Source: Planctomycetota bacterium (GTDB lineage: Bacteria > Planctomycetota > SZUA-567 > H5-PLA8). Taken from it: 64,000 bases of DNA. The position numbers and the translations under genes are program-made. Positions 1 through 7,811 of the stretch are shown one piece after another. The notes beneath the pieces are model-generated. The model searched no databases and was not told where the DNA came from. It saw nothing but the letters and a program-made list of their open reading frames with translations. Numbering within the stretch: position 1 is the first letter of the stretch; each line of letters opens with the position of its first letter. The DNA lies in NCBI GenBank assembly GCA_038227045.1, contig JBBRQD010000013.1:5262-69261 (forward strand). Direction: 5' to 3'.

Positions 1-374
1 ATCGCACGTATACCCTGTTGATTTTTCATACCAAATTGCAGCGCTGGCTGCAGCCCGGCGGACACTTCGAGCCGGGCGAGTTCGATCCCAGTCTCGCCGC
101 CGCGCGCGAAGTTCTGGAAGAGACCGGCATCCACACGCGCTGGCCCGGCGAACGCCCACTGCTTCTGGACGTGGACGTGCACGAAATTCCGGCGCGCAAA
201 ACCGAACCCGCCCACGGCCATTTCGATCTGCGCATGTTGCTGATTGCCGAACCCGGCGAAGTTCAGGCGCGCGAAGTCTCCGCCGCGCGCTGGTGTGCCC
301 CGCACGAATTTACGTCACTGCATCTCGATCCCGGCACGATCCGTGCATTGAAAAAATGCGGTATGGAGAACTGA
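1..374 (+). CDS. NUDIX hydrolase (5' end outside window)
   Basis: Reading frame is open to the window edge. Nudix box GGHFEPGEFDPSLAAAREVLEETGI present. Stop TGA at 372-374. Confidence 0.8.
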   Translation, partial: RTYTLLIFHTKLQRWLQPGGHFEPGEFDPSLAAAREVLEETGIHTRWPGERPLLLDVDVHEIPARKTEPAHGHFDLRMLLIAEPGEVQAREVSAARWCAPHEFTSLHLDPGTIRALKKCGMEN

Positions 375-426
375 CGTTTCGAACGATAATTGTTCCGGCA
401 CTTTTCTTAAAGGAGATCACGCAATC

Positions 427-690
427 ATGGCAAAAGGCCAATTCCACTCCGCGCATCAGAAGGGCATCATCAAGCGGTACTACGAAAACAAGAGCGATAT
501 CCACACGCAAAAACTGAGCGAGATCGTTTCGGATTTGTACCTCGAAGAGAACCCCGCAAAGCAAAAGCGTCTCTGGGCAAGCGCGGAAACCGCCTTGATG
601 AATTTGGGCGCAAACAAGGCCCAGGTCGACCAGATCGTCGCGGAGAAGAATCTCGCGGCCCTGGCGAAACTCGCGGAAAAGCTTTTCTAA
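427..690 (+). CDS. small hypothetical protein (87 aa)
   Basis: ATG preceded by AAGGAG about 8 nt upstream. Protein-like composition. No domain I can name. Confidence 0.55.
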   Translation: MAKGQFHSAHQKGIIKRYYENKSDIHTQKLSEIVSDLYLEENPAKQKRLWASAETALMNLGANKAQVDQIVAEKNLAALAKLAEKLF

Positions 691-812
691 CCGCGATTAA
701 TTAACCGCTTTCGCCGCGGATTGCCATTTTGCAAAAAGACGGCATACTGTGTGGCGAACGAGTTGCGCCGAAAGTGCTGCGCACCGCGAAATTTCAAGTG
801 GGGAGAGTGGTC

Positions 813-1562
813 ATGAAGGATGATCTTCGCAAACTGCTTGTCTCGGAATCCGAGATGTACTCGACGAACGGCTTTGCCCCCGTGGTCGACGCGCTCCACG
901 AATACCGAAATAGCCTGAGCCGCAACATCGACAACTGCTTGAAATTCATCGCCCTGGCCGGAGTCGTCGGCCTGACGGCCGCGAGCGCCATCGCCTTCAG
1001 CGTCATTTCGGCATCCTATCCCGGCGGAATGTCATCGCTCGGCGTGATGCCTGGCGTCGTCGCGCTGGGCTGCGCGGTTGCTCTGTTGTGCGCGCGCGTT
1101 ATCGACTTCGAAGGGCGCTTTATCCTGGGTAAATACGGCAAGGAGGCGCACGAACGCTACCTCCAATACAGCAGTCCCGCGCAGATGCAAAAACGGCTTT
1201 ACGAAGAAGTCACGCGCTTCAACCGGCTAGTGCGGGCGATCCACGTCAGCGACGAAATCGACGCCGCCGGGGTGCCAGGCGCCAGGATTCAAGACCGCGA
1301 CGCGTTGCTAAAGAGCATGGCCGTCGCGCGAACCGATTTGATGCGCGCATTGAAACTCGAGCGCATCATGCGCGAGCACGCCGATGTATCGAGCGTCGAA
1401 TTCCAGCTCTTCAACGTCGAACTGACGCAAGCCGCCGCGATGGAAGTCGAAGATGCCGCGACGCAGCAAAGCAAACTCATGAACGAAGCCTTCCAAATCG
1501 CGCGCTCGGTGCAGATCGAAGTCCACAAACTGCAAACGCAGGACCGGCAGCGCTCCCTCTGA
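813..1562 (+). CDS. hypothetical membrane protein (two predicted TM helices plus coiled-coil-like C-terminus)
   Basis: ORF track frame 729..1562. Internal ATG at 813 follows GGAGAG. Hydrophobic segments FIALAGVVGLTAASAIAFSVI and GVMPGVVALGCAVALLCA. Confidence 0.5.
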   Translation: MKDDLRKLLVSESEMYSTNGFAPVVDALHEYRNSLSRNIDNCLKFIALAGVVGLTAASAIAFSVISASYPGGMSSLGVMPGVVALGCAVALLCARVIDFEGRFILGKYGKEAHERYLQYSSPAQMQKRLYEEVTRFNRLVRAIHVSDEIDAAGVPGARIQDRDALLKSMAVARTDLMRALKLERIMREHADVSSVEFQLFNVELTQAAAMEVEDAATQQSKLMNEAFQIARSVQIEVHKLQTQDRQRSL

Positions 1563-1568
1563 AATGGT

Positions 1569-2417
1569 CTACGCGTATTTATAAAATCCCTCGCCGCTCT
1601 TCTTTCCCAATTTTCCGGCAGCGACCATCTGGCGCAGCAGCGGGCATGGGCGGTATTTTGAATCGCCGAATCCTTGCTGCAGCACTTCCATGATCGCAAG
1701 ACAAATATCGAGGCCGATGAAATCGGCGAGCTGGAGCGGCCCCATCGGGTGCGCCATTCCGAGCTTCATGATTTCGTCGATGGCCGCAGGCGTGGCGATG
1801 CTTTCATGCACCGCGAAGATCGCCTCGTTGATCATGGGCATGATAATGCGGTTGGACACAAAGCCTGGAAAATCGCGCGCTTCGACCGGCGTTTTGCCCA
1901 TCGAAGCAGCCAGTTCCGCCGCGTTGCGCACGGTCTCGTCGGACGTACGGCTGCCGCGAATCAGTTCGACGAGTTTCATCATCGGCACGGGATTGAAAAA
2001 ATGCATCCCAACGAAACGCTCCGGGCGCTTGACCGCCGCCGCCAGTTTTGTAATGGAGATGCTCGACGTGTTCGACGCAAAGAGCGTGGTCTCCGCGCAG
2101 ATCGCGCTCAAGCGCGTCCAGATTTCCATCTTCGCTGCTTCGTTTTCGAAAATAGCCTCAATGACGACATCGGCATCGGCCGCATTCAGCAGATCGCCGA
2201 AACGGATGATGCGCTTCGAGGTGCTGTCGGCCGCGGCTTGCTCAATGGTGGCTTTCTTCACCAGCCGTTGCAAGGAACTCTCGATGACAGCCACCGCGTG
2301 TTGCAGCGCGCCTTCGTGAGCGTCAATGAGCTTGACCGTGTTGCCGGCCGCGGCCGCGACTTGGGCGATCCCCGAACCCATCGTTCCCGCGCCGATCACC
2401 GCAATAATTTTAGACAC
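1569..2417 (-). CDS. hbd: 3-hydroxybutyryl-CoA dehydrogenase
   Basis: N-terminal Rossmann motif [14 protein letters not shown] and [14 protein letters not shown] motif. GTG start at 2417 preceded by AAGGAG. Overlaps the upstream gene's stop by 8 nt. Confidence 0.9.
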   Translation of the reverse strand: MSKIIAVIGAGTMGSGIAQVAAAAGNTVKLIDAHEGALQHAVAVIESSLQRLVKKATIEQAAADSTSKRIIRFGDLLNAADADVVIEAIFENEAAKMEIWTRLSAICAETTLFASNTSSISITKLAAAVKRPERFVGMHFFNPVPMMKLVELIRGSRTSDETVRNAAELAASMGKTPVEARDFPGFVSNRIIMPMINEAIFAVHESIATPAAIDEIMKLGMAHPMGPLQLADFIGLDICLAIMEVLQQGFGDSKYRPCPLLRQMVAAGKLGKKSGEGFYKYA

Positions 2418-2838
2418 CGCGCGACTCCTTCGCTGTGAAATACGAATCAAGATACGCAGTGATTTTTCGCGTATCGGTGCCTGGCGTAAAAATTTCGCCC
2501 ATGCCCAGCGCTTTCAGTTCGTCGATGTCGCGCTGCGGCACGATGCCGCCGCCGAAAAGCAGCACGTCGCCCATGCCATTTTTTCGGAGACCTTCAAGCA
2601 CCGCCGGAAACAGCGTCATGTGCGCGCCGGAGAGAATCGAAAGGCCCACCGCTTCGGCATCCTCCTGCAATGCGGCCTGGACGATCGCTTCAGGCTCCTG
2701 ATGCAATCCAATGTAAACGATTTCGTAGCCGGATTCGGCCAGCGCGCGCGCGACGACTTTCGCGCCGCGGTCGTGTCCGTCGAGGCCGGGTTTTGCGATC
2801 AGGATGCGGTGACACCGACTGGGATTTTCGTTCGCCAT
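2410..2838 (-). CDS. B12-binding small subunit of acyl-CoA mutase (methylmalonyl/isobutyryl-CoA mutase family)
   Basis: Cobalamin-binding DxHxxG motif in [13 protein letters not shown]. About 140-aa Rossmann-like B12 domain. Same operon as the large subunit. Confidence 0.85.
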   Translation of the reverse strand: MANENPSRCHRILIAKPGLDGHDRGAKVVARALAESGYEIVYIGLHQEPEAIVQAALQEDAEAVGLSILSGAHMTLFPAVLEGLRKNGMGDVLLFGGGIVPQRDIDELKALGMGEIFTPGTDTRKITAYLDSYFTAKESRGV

Positions 2839-2882
2839 AAGAAATGTTTACCACACTCGCGGCTCAAACGCCAGAGCGCGGA

Positions 2883-2942
2883 AGTTCGGAGTTCAGCCTT
2901 TAGGCTGCCAGTCCCGACAGCCTAAAGGCTGAACTCCGAACT
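2883..2942. repeat. perfect 24-25-bp stem hairpin between the Zn-ribbon ORF and the mutase small subunit
   Basis: 2884-2907 GTTCGGAGTTCAGCCTTTAGGCTG is the exact reverse complement of 2918-2941. Loop is 10 nt. Right arm abuts the stop codon at 2942-2944. Confidence 0.9.
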
Positions 2943-3184
2943 CAACGTTTGAAATGATAGTACAGCGCAATCAAAAAAGGTGCGACTATTCCGATCAGCG
3001 CCAGCCAGCCGGCGATGACCCATAGTGGCGCCAAGCGCTGCCCCGAACGCGCCTCGGGCTTGGCGAAATCGCCGAGACCATCGGTGTAATTTCCGCAACT
3101 GGGGCAGCGCGGCGAGTCGGCGTAAATCCATTTCCCGCAATAGCTGCATTGCTCGTGGTCGGAGTCGAATGCGTCGTCGCCCAT
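2942..3184 (-). CDS. zinc-ribbon membrane protein (80 aa)
   Basis: CxxC...CxxC (CSYCGKW...CPSCGNY) followed by one TM helix LAPLWVIAGWLALIGIVAPFLIALYY. Sits between the mutase large and small subunit genes. Confidence 0.6.
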   Translation of the reverse strand: MGDDAFDSDHEQCSYCGKWIYADSPRCPSCGNYTDGLGDFAKPEARSGQRLAPLWVIAGWLALIGIVAPFLIALYYHFKR

Positions 3185-3190
3185 GAGAAT

Positions 3191-4801
3191 TCAGACCGCC
3201 GCCAGTGCATGATATTCGCCAAACACCGCGCGGCACACGTCCGCCATCTCGCCCAGAGTCGCGTTGGCTCGCGCGCACCCGGCCAGCGCCTCCATGATAT
3301 TTCCCGAGCCGCTTTCGTCGCGGCAGACGATTTCGAGATTTCTTAACGCGGCTTCGACTTTCAGCGCGTCGCGGGTTGCGCGCATCCGCGCGATCCGGGC
3401 GTTTTGTTGCGCTTCGAGCTGCGGATCGATGGACAGTGTGGGCGGAACTTGATCGCCCCCGGATTCATAAGCGTTAACGCCCACGATCAGCCGGCGCTTC
3501 TGCATGATTTCGGTCTGATACGTGAAACTTGAGCGCGCGATTTCGCGGCGAAAAAATCCCGCCTCCAGTGCGGCGAACATGCCACCGGCTTCCTCGATGC
3601 GTTTAAAATAATCGTAGCATTCGCGCTCCAGCCGATCGGTCAACGCCTCGACGTAGTAGCTTCCGCCCAGCGGATCGGCGACCGCCGCGACGCCGGATTC
3701 GAACGCGACAATCTGCTGCGTGCGCAGCGCAATCTGCACGGCTTTTTCCGTGGGCAGCGCGAGCGCCTCGTCAAAGCTGTTCGTGTGCAGGCTCTGCGTC
3801 CCGCCCAGAACGGCAGCGAGCGCTTCGATGGCCGTGCGGACGATGTTATTCTCCGGCTGCTGCGCGGTCAGCGAAACACCGGCGGTCTGCGCGTGCGTCC
3901 GCAGCAGCAGCGAGCGCGGATTCTTCGCGCCGCGTTTTTTCAGTTCGCGCGCCCAGATGCGCCGCGCCGCGCGAAACTTTGCGATCTCTTCGAAGAACTC
4001 AATGTGGACATCGAAGAAAAACGAAAGCCGCGGCGCGAAGTCGTCGATGTCCAGGCCGGCCTTAATGCCTTCGTCGATGTAGCACAGACCGTCGGCAAGC
4101 GTGAAAGCCAGCTCCTGCCCGGCTGTCGAACCGGCCTCGCGAATATGATAGCCGCTGATTGAAGCCGTGTTCCATTGAGGCGTGTGCCGCGCCGCAAATT
4201 TAAAAATATCCGTGATGATCCGCATCGACGGACGTGGCGCAACAAGCCACGAATTCTGCGCATGGAATTCTTTCAGAATATCGTTTTGGATCGTGCCGCG
4301 CAGCGTGTCAAGCTTCACGCCCTGCCGCTCAGCCGCCGCGATGTAAAACGCGAAGAGCATCGCCGCCGGGCCGTTGATGGTCATCGACGTCGAAACTTTA
4401 TCGAGCGGAATTCCGGCGAAGAGCGTCTCCATGTCATCGGTACTGGAGATCGCCACGCCGCAACGCCCGACTTCGCCGCGGCTGCGCGGATGGTCGGAAT
4501 CGTAACCCATCAAAGTCGGAAAATCGAACGCGACGCTCAAGCCCGTCTGCCCATGCGCGAGCAGATATTTAAAGCGCTGATTGGTCTCTTCCGCGGTGCC
4601 AAAACCGGCAAACTGCCGCATGGTCCAAAGCTTCCCGCGATACATCGTTTCATGGATGCCGCGCGTATACGGAAATTCACCGGGATCACCGAGGTCGCGC
4701 GCGTAGTCGAGCTGCGCGGTGTGGGCGGGCGAGTAGACGGGTTTGTTCTCGACGCCGGAGATGGTGGAGGTTAGGGGCTTGATTGTTGGGGTAGCGGGCA
4801 T
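3191..4801 (-). CDS. acyl-CoA mutase large (catalytic) subunit, isobutyryl-CoA-mutase-like signature
   Basis: Strong similarity by eye to the MCM/ICM TIM-barrel domain (WTMRQFAGFGTAEETN, GLSVAFDFPTLMGYDSD, TIQNDILKEF). ATG at 4801 follows AAGGA; the ORF track's TTG at 4828 is less likely. Confidence 0.9.
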   Translation of the reverse strand: MPATPTIKPLTSTISGVENKPVYSPAHTAQLDYARDLGDPGEFPYTRGIHETMYRGKLWTMRQFAGFGTAEETNQRFKYLLAHGQTGLSVAFDFPTLMGYDSDHPRSRGEVGRCGVAISSTDDMETLFAGIPLDKVSTSMTINGPAAMLFAFYIAAAERQGVKLDTLRGTIQNDILKEFHAQNSWLVAPRPSMRIITDIFKFAARHTPQWNTASISGYHIREAGSTAGQELAFTLADGLCYIDEGIKAGLDIDDFAPRLSFFFDVHIEFFEEIAKFRAARRIWARELKKRGAKNPRSLLLRTHAQTAGVSLTAQQPENNIVRTAIEALAAVLGGTQSLHTNSFDEALALPTEKAVQIALRTQQIVAFESGVAAVADPLGGSYYVEALTDRLERECYDYFKRIEEAGGMFAALEAGFFRREIARSSFTYQTEIMQKRRLIVGVNAYESGGDQVPPTLSIDPQLEAQQNARIARMRATRDALKVEAALRNLEIVCRDESGSGNIMEALAGCARANATLGEMADVCRAVFGEYHALAAV

Positions 4802-4950
4802 GGCGAATCCTTGAGCGGCGATAGGCAACTCATCACTAACTATAACATAAAACGTGTGATTCTTCAGAGCGTGTAAAAGAAAAGATGAAGAAGTCGCCAG
4901 AATATTTCAGTTTCCCTCTTGACTTTGCGATTTTCAATACGTTGTATATG

Positions 4951-5310
4951 TAGAAGCAAGCGCTTCATCGGCGCGGGGGCCACCGCGACGGGAGCGCTTG
5001 ATTTATTTGAAGGTGTCTGACGGCTCTATAGCTGAGGTTGTTGAAGTGGCGCTGTGCGGGTTCGGACGCGCGCCGGCTGTTTTCGGGAGTCTTTGTTGCG
5101 CGCGCGGTGCGATGCGGGCAGAGCGTAAACGGGCGGTTTGTGTTCGCTTTCCCACACCATGTTCTACCGTTCTACCTTACCGAAGTGAGCACGACGAGGG
5201 CGGCCCGGCGGGTTTTGACGCAGGGTTGCCTGGGCACGAATGAATTCCGCACGGCGCTACAATTTGGATTGATTTGAGTTGCAAATTTCACTCAAACGTA
5301 AGCAGAATAT
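4951..5310 (+). ncRNA. candidate structured non-coding RNA (unclassified)
   Basis: Lies in a 527-bp gap with only implausible ORFs. TTGACT box at 4919-4924 with a TATAT-like box about 20 nt downstream. Helix 4957-4964/4993-5000 is perfect. Long-range 14-bp helix 5046-5059/5247-5260 has two G-U pairs that work only on the plus strand. Helix 5116-5125/5145-5153 also has a G-U pair. Confidence 0.3.
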
Positions 5311-5355
5311 TCATTTTTTGGACGCGAGCATGTAGAAGCGAGGAGGCTGCTGAAT

Positions 5356-5826
5356 TCAACCGAAATCGTAAACGTACACATCTTGGCTCTTTAGTTGTTC
5401 AGCGATAATCGGTTCTATTTTTTCCCATTTGCCACCAGCCAGCCCACAACCAATTCGCGGCATGTGAATGCTGTGCCCGCTGGATGAACAGAACTCGTCG
5501 ACTTTTTTCAAACACTCCGCCAAAGCGTCATATCGAATCGGCGGAATTCCGTCGCGCGCGCACATTCCATGCTGCGCGATCATATTGCCGACGGTGAGGT
5601 CAGGCGCCACGGAGATGAATCGCACTGCGCCCAATTTGAACTCGGAATTGGGATTGATTCGATTTTTATATTGCTCGCGAAAGGCTGCCTCTGGCGCAGT
5701 CCATTTCTTGGAAATGGCGACAACGAAACCCTTACCCCAGCCGCCCGCATCGTTGCAAATGTGTACGATCAGTTTCTTGCCTCTGGCGTGCGGATTGGTT
5801 GCGTCGCCCTTCAGGAAGTGGATCAT
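5356..5826 (-). CDS. macro-domain protein (ADP-ribose binding/hydrolase family)
   Basis: MIHFLKGDAT...IVHICNDAGGWGKGFV...PRIGCGLAGGKW matches the macro-domain glycine-rich loops. The upstream 29 codons of the ORF track run into a repeat element and are discounted. Confidence 0.7.
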   Translation of the reverse strand: MIHFLKGDATNPHARGKKLIVHICNDAGGWGKGFVVAISKKWTAPEAAFREQYKNRINPNSEFKLGAVRFISVAPDLTVGNMIAQHGMCARDGIPPIRYDALAECLKKVDEFCSSSGHSIHMPRIGCGLAGGKWEKIEPIIAEQLKSQDVYVYDFG

Positions 5827-5844
5827 AGATTCAACACTCTCTTG

Positions 5845-5945
5845 CTGGCACCCCTCCGGGGTGCGGGATGTTTGGGGATCGAATCCGGTGGTGTTGGCCG
5901 GGTACGGCCTCAACCACCGGCTAATTTCTGAAATCCCTTCGGGAT
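5845..5945. repeat. three-hairpin ~100-nt repeat element, copy A
   Basis: Consists of GCACCC-n4-GGGTGC, then CCGGTGGTGTTGGCC-GGGTAC-GGCCTCAACCACCGG, then ATCCC-n3-GGGAT. Same modules recur at 46558-46660 (inverted) and 46712-46813. Confidence 0.85.
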
Positions 5946-5957
5946 AAAATTGAACGA

Positions 5958-7106
5958 TCAGCTTTCCTTCAACACACTCGCCGCAATAACCACCCGCTGA
6001 ATCTCGCTCGTCCCCTCATACAATCTGCAGATGCGGACGTCGCGGTAGTGGCGTTCGACGTCGTAGTCCTTAATGAAGCCGTAGCCGCCGTGCATTTGCA
6101 GGGCGCGGTCGCAGGCTCGGCCGGCGGCTTCGCTGGCGTAGAGTTTTGCCATGGCGGATTCTTTTGTGTAGCGGCGCTGAGCGAGGTCTTTTAGTTTTGC
6201 GGCGCGCAGCATCAGCAGTTCGGCGGCGTCGAGTTCCGTGGCGCTGTCGGCGATCATCCATTGGATGGCCTGCAAATTCGCCAGTGGGGCGCCGAATTGT
6301 TCGCGCGTTTTGACGTGGCGCACGGCGGCTTCGAGGGCGGCGCGGCCGATGCCGATGGCCTGCGAGGCGATGCCGATGCGGCCGCCGTCGAGCGTTTCCA
6401 GCGCGACCGAAAAACCTTTGCCGAGCGCGCCGAGCAGATTTTCTTTGGGCACGCTGCAATTTGTTAGAATGATTTCCGTCGTGCTCGACGCGTTGATGCC
6501 GAGTTTCTGTTCCGATTTGCCCCGCGCGAAGCCGGGGAAACCGGCTTCGACGATGAACGCGGAGATGCCTTTGTGCCCGAGATTTTTATCGCTCGTCGCG
6601 TACACGACCACGATATCCGCGTAACCGCCGTTGGTGACGAAGAGCTTCGTGCCATTCAATTCGAAATGCGTTCCGCGATCGATGAACGAGGTATTCAAGC
6701 GCGACGCGTCGCTGCCAGAACCGGGTTCGGTGAGCGCGTAGGCTCCGAGTTTTTGGCCGGACGCGAGCGGGCGCAGGTACTTTTCTTTCTGCGCGTCGCT
6801 GCCTTGTTTTAGAATGGGATCGACGCACAGGCTGGTATGAGCGCTCAAGATCACGCCGGTGCTTGCGCAGGCTTTGCTGATTTCAAGCACCGCAAGATTG
6901 TACGCCAGCGCGCTGCATCCCGCGCCGCCGTACTGCTCCGGCACATAGACGCCCATCAACCCAAGCTCGCCCATTTCGCGGACAAGCTCAGTGGGAAAAC
7001 GGCCGGTTTGGTCGAGTTCGCGGGCGAGCGGTTTCACTTTGGTTTGAGCGAAATCGCGCGCTGTGTCGAGAACGGCTTGTTCGGATTCGGAAAGCGTGAA
7101 ATCCAT
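5958..7106 (-). CDS. short-chain (butyryl-type) acyl-CoA dehydrogenase
   Basis: 382 aa. ACAD motifs GLMGVYVPEQYGG, ALTEPGSGSD, YEGTSEIQR. Confidence 0.9.
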   Translation of the reverse strand: MDFTLSESEQAVLDTARDFAQTKVKPLARELDQTGRFPTELVREMGELGLMGVYVPEQYGGAGCSALAYNLAVLEISKACASTGVILSAHTSLCVDPILKQGSDAQKEKYLRPLASGQKLGAYALTEPGSGSDASRLNTSFIDRGTHFELNGTKLFVTNGGYADIVVVYATSDKNLGHKGISAFIVEAGFPGFARGKSEQKLGINASSTTEIILTNCSVPKENLLGALGKGFSVALETLDGGRIGIASQAIGIGRAALEAAVRHVKTREQFGAPLANLQAIQWMIADSATELDAAELLMLRAAKLKDLAQRRYTKESAMAKLYASEAAGRACDRALQMHGGYGFIKDYDVERHYRDVRICRLYEGTSEIQRVVIAASVLKES

Positions 7107-7129
7107 GGAGATGCCTCATTTCGTGTTGC

Positions 7130-7774
7130 TCATGCCAACCCAATTGCAGTTCCGCACCATATACAGACATTGTTCTTGCCGGGCCTGATTTTTGTGGATT
7201 TGGCACATTTCGGACAGTTGACGACTGACGCTTTCTGCGGGGCGGCAGCGACGGGCTTTTCTTCCGGGTTCTCTCGCTCGTGTTTTGATTTGCAGATTTT
7301 CGAACAATAGCCTTCGGCACTGAACCCGGCGTACGCGATTGTGAAGACGTTCTCGCATTCGCGGCAGATCCCTTGACCGGGCTGCAAATTGGCCTTGGCT
7401 GCTTCGCGCCGCAAGCCACTCAGGAAGTCCAGTACATTCTGGGGCTGCGCCTGCGTGAGTGCGAAAAAGGTTGGGCTTGAAATTCGCGTTAAAACGTAGT
7501 CGCTTTCTTCGGTGCTCTCGCTGACATTGTCGTTGGCGAATCGCGAAGCCAACCGCCCCACGCGCCCACTCGCCAGCGCTGCCGCGGCAATGCCGGAAGA
7601 CTCCGTCGCATCGCTTTTGTATTCGAAGTGCTTCCGTACACGAATTGTGATATCGAAGGTCGTACCGCGACAAATACACATGCCTTTTGAGGCTTCCAAA
7701 GTATTGGCGTTTGTTTCAACTCCGCAAGTTGAACAGACGATTTTTGGGAACTCGACTTCAAGGTGCTGGAGCAT
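7130..7774 (-). CDS. hypothetical Cys-rich protein with several zinc-ribbon-like CxxC pairs
   Basis: CSTCG, CRECENV, CSKICKS, CPKCAKS...CIWCG. Ends 24 nt upstream of the acyl-CoA dehydrogenase start. A competing same-strand, different-frame ORF (7116..7679) looks less protein-like. Confidence 0.45.
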   Translation of the reverse strand: MLQHLEVEFPKIVCSTCGVETNANTLEASKGMCICRGTTFDITIRVRKHFEYKSDATESSGIAAAALASGRVGRLASRFANDNVSESTEESDYVLTRISSPTFFALTQAQPQNVLDFLSGLRREAAKANLQPGQGICRECENVFTIAYAGFSAEGYCSKICKSKHERENPEEKPVAAAPQKASVVNCPKCAKSTKIRPGKNNVCIWCGTAIGLA

Positions 7775-7811
7775 CTCGTTCTCCCGCTCGCGATTTAAGA
7801 CAATGCGATCA

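Noticed and set aside
4948-5339. 10-bp direct repeat ATGTAGAAGC at 4948-4957 and 5330-5339, possibly target-site duplications of an inserted element
   Set aside because: No terminal inverted repeats lie inside the direct repeats. A single 10-mer coincidence within ~500 bp is not strongly improbable (order 0.1).
4829-5355. Cobalamin riboswitch, tRNA, tmRNA, RNase P, SRP or 6S RNA in the gap upstream of the B12-dependent mutase
   Set aside because: By eye I could not find the GGGAA...GGTG-AA-TCC core with a GCCACTG B12 box, a GGTTCGAATCC-type T-loop, the GAGGAAAGTCCGGGC motif of RNase P, or the SRP GGAA tetraloop helix. A covariance-model scan is still needed.
5468-5947. ORFs through the repeat elements (5468..5947, 5569..5931, 46473..46847, 46483..46815, 46695..47096)
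   Set aside because: Their conserved-looking peptides (GYGLNHRLI, RVRPQPPAN, RPYPA-TTG) arise from translating the three-hairpin repeat in different frames and strands. There are no start contexts and they overlap real genes.
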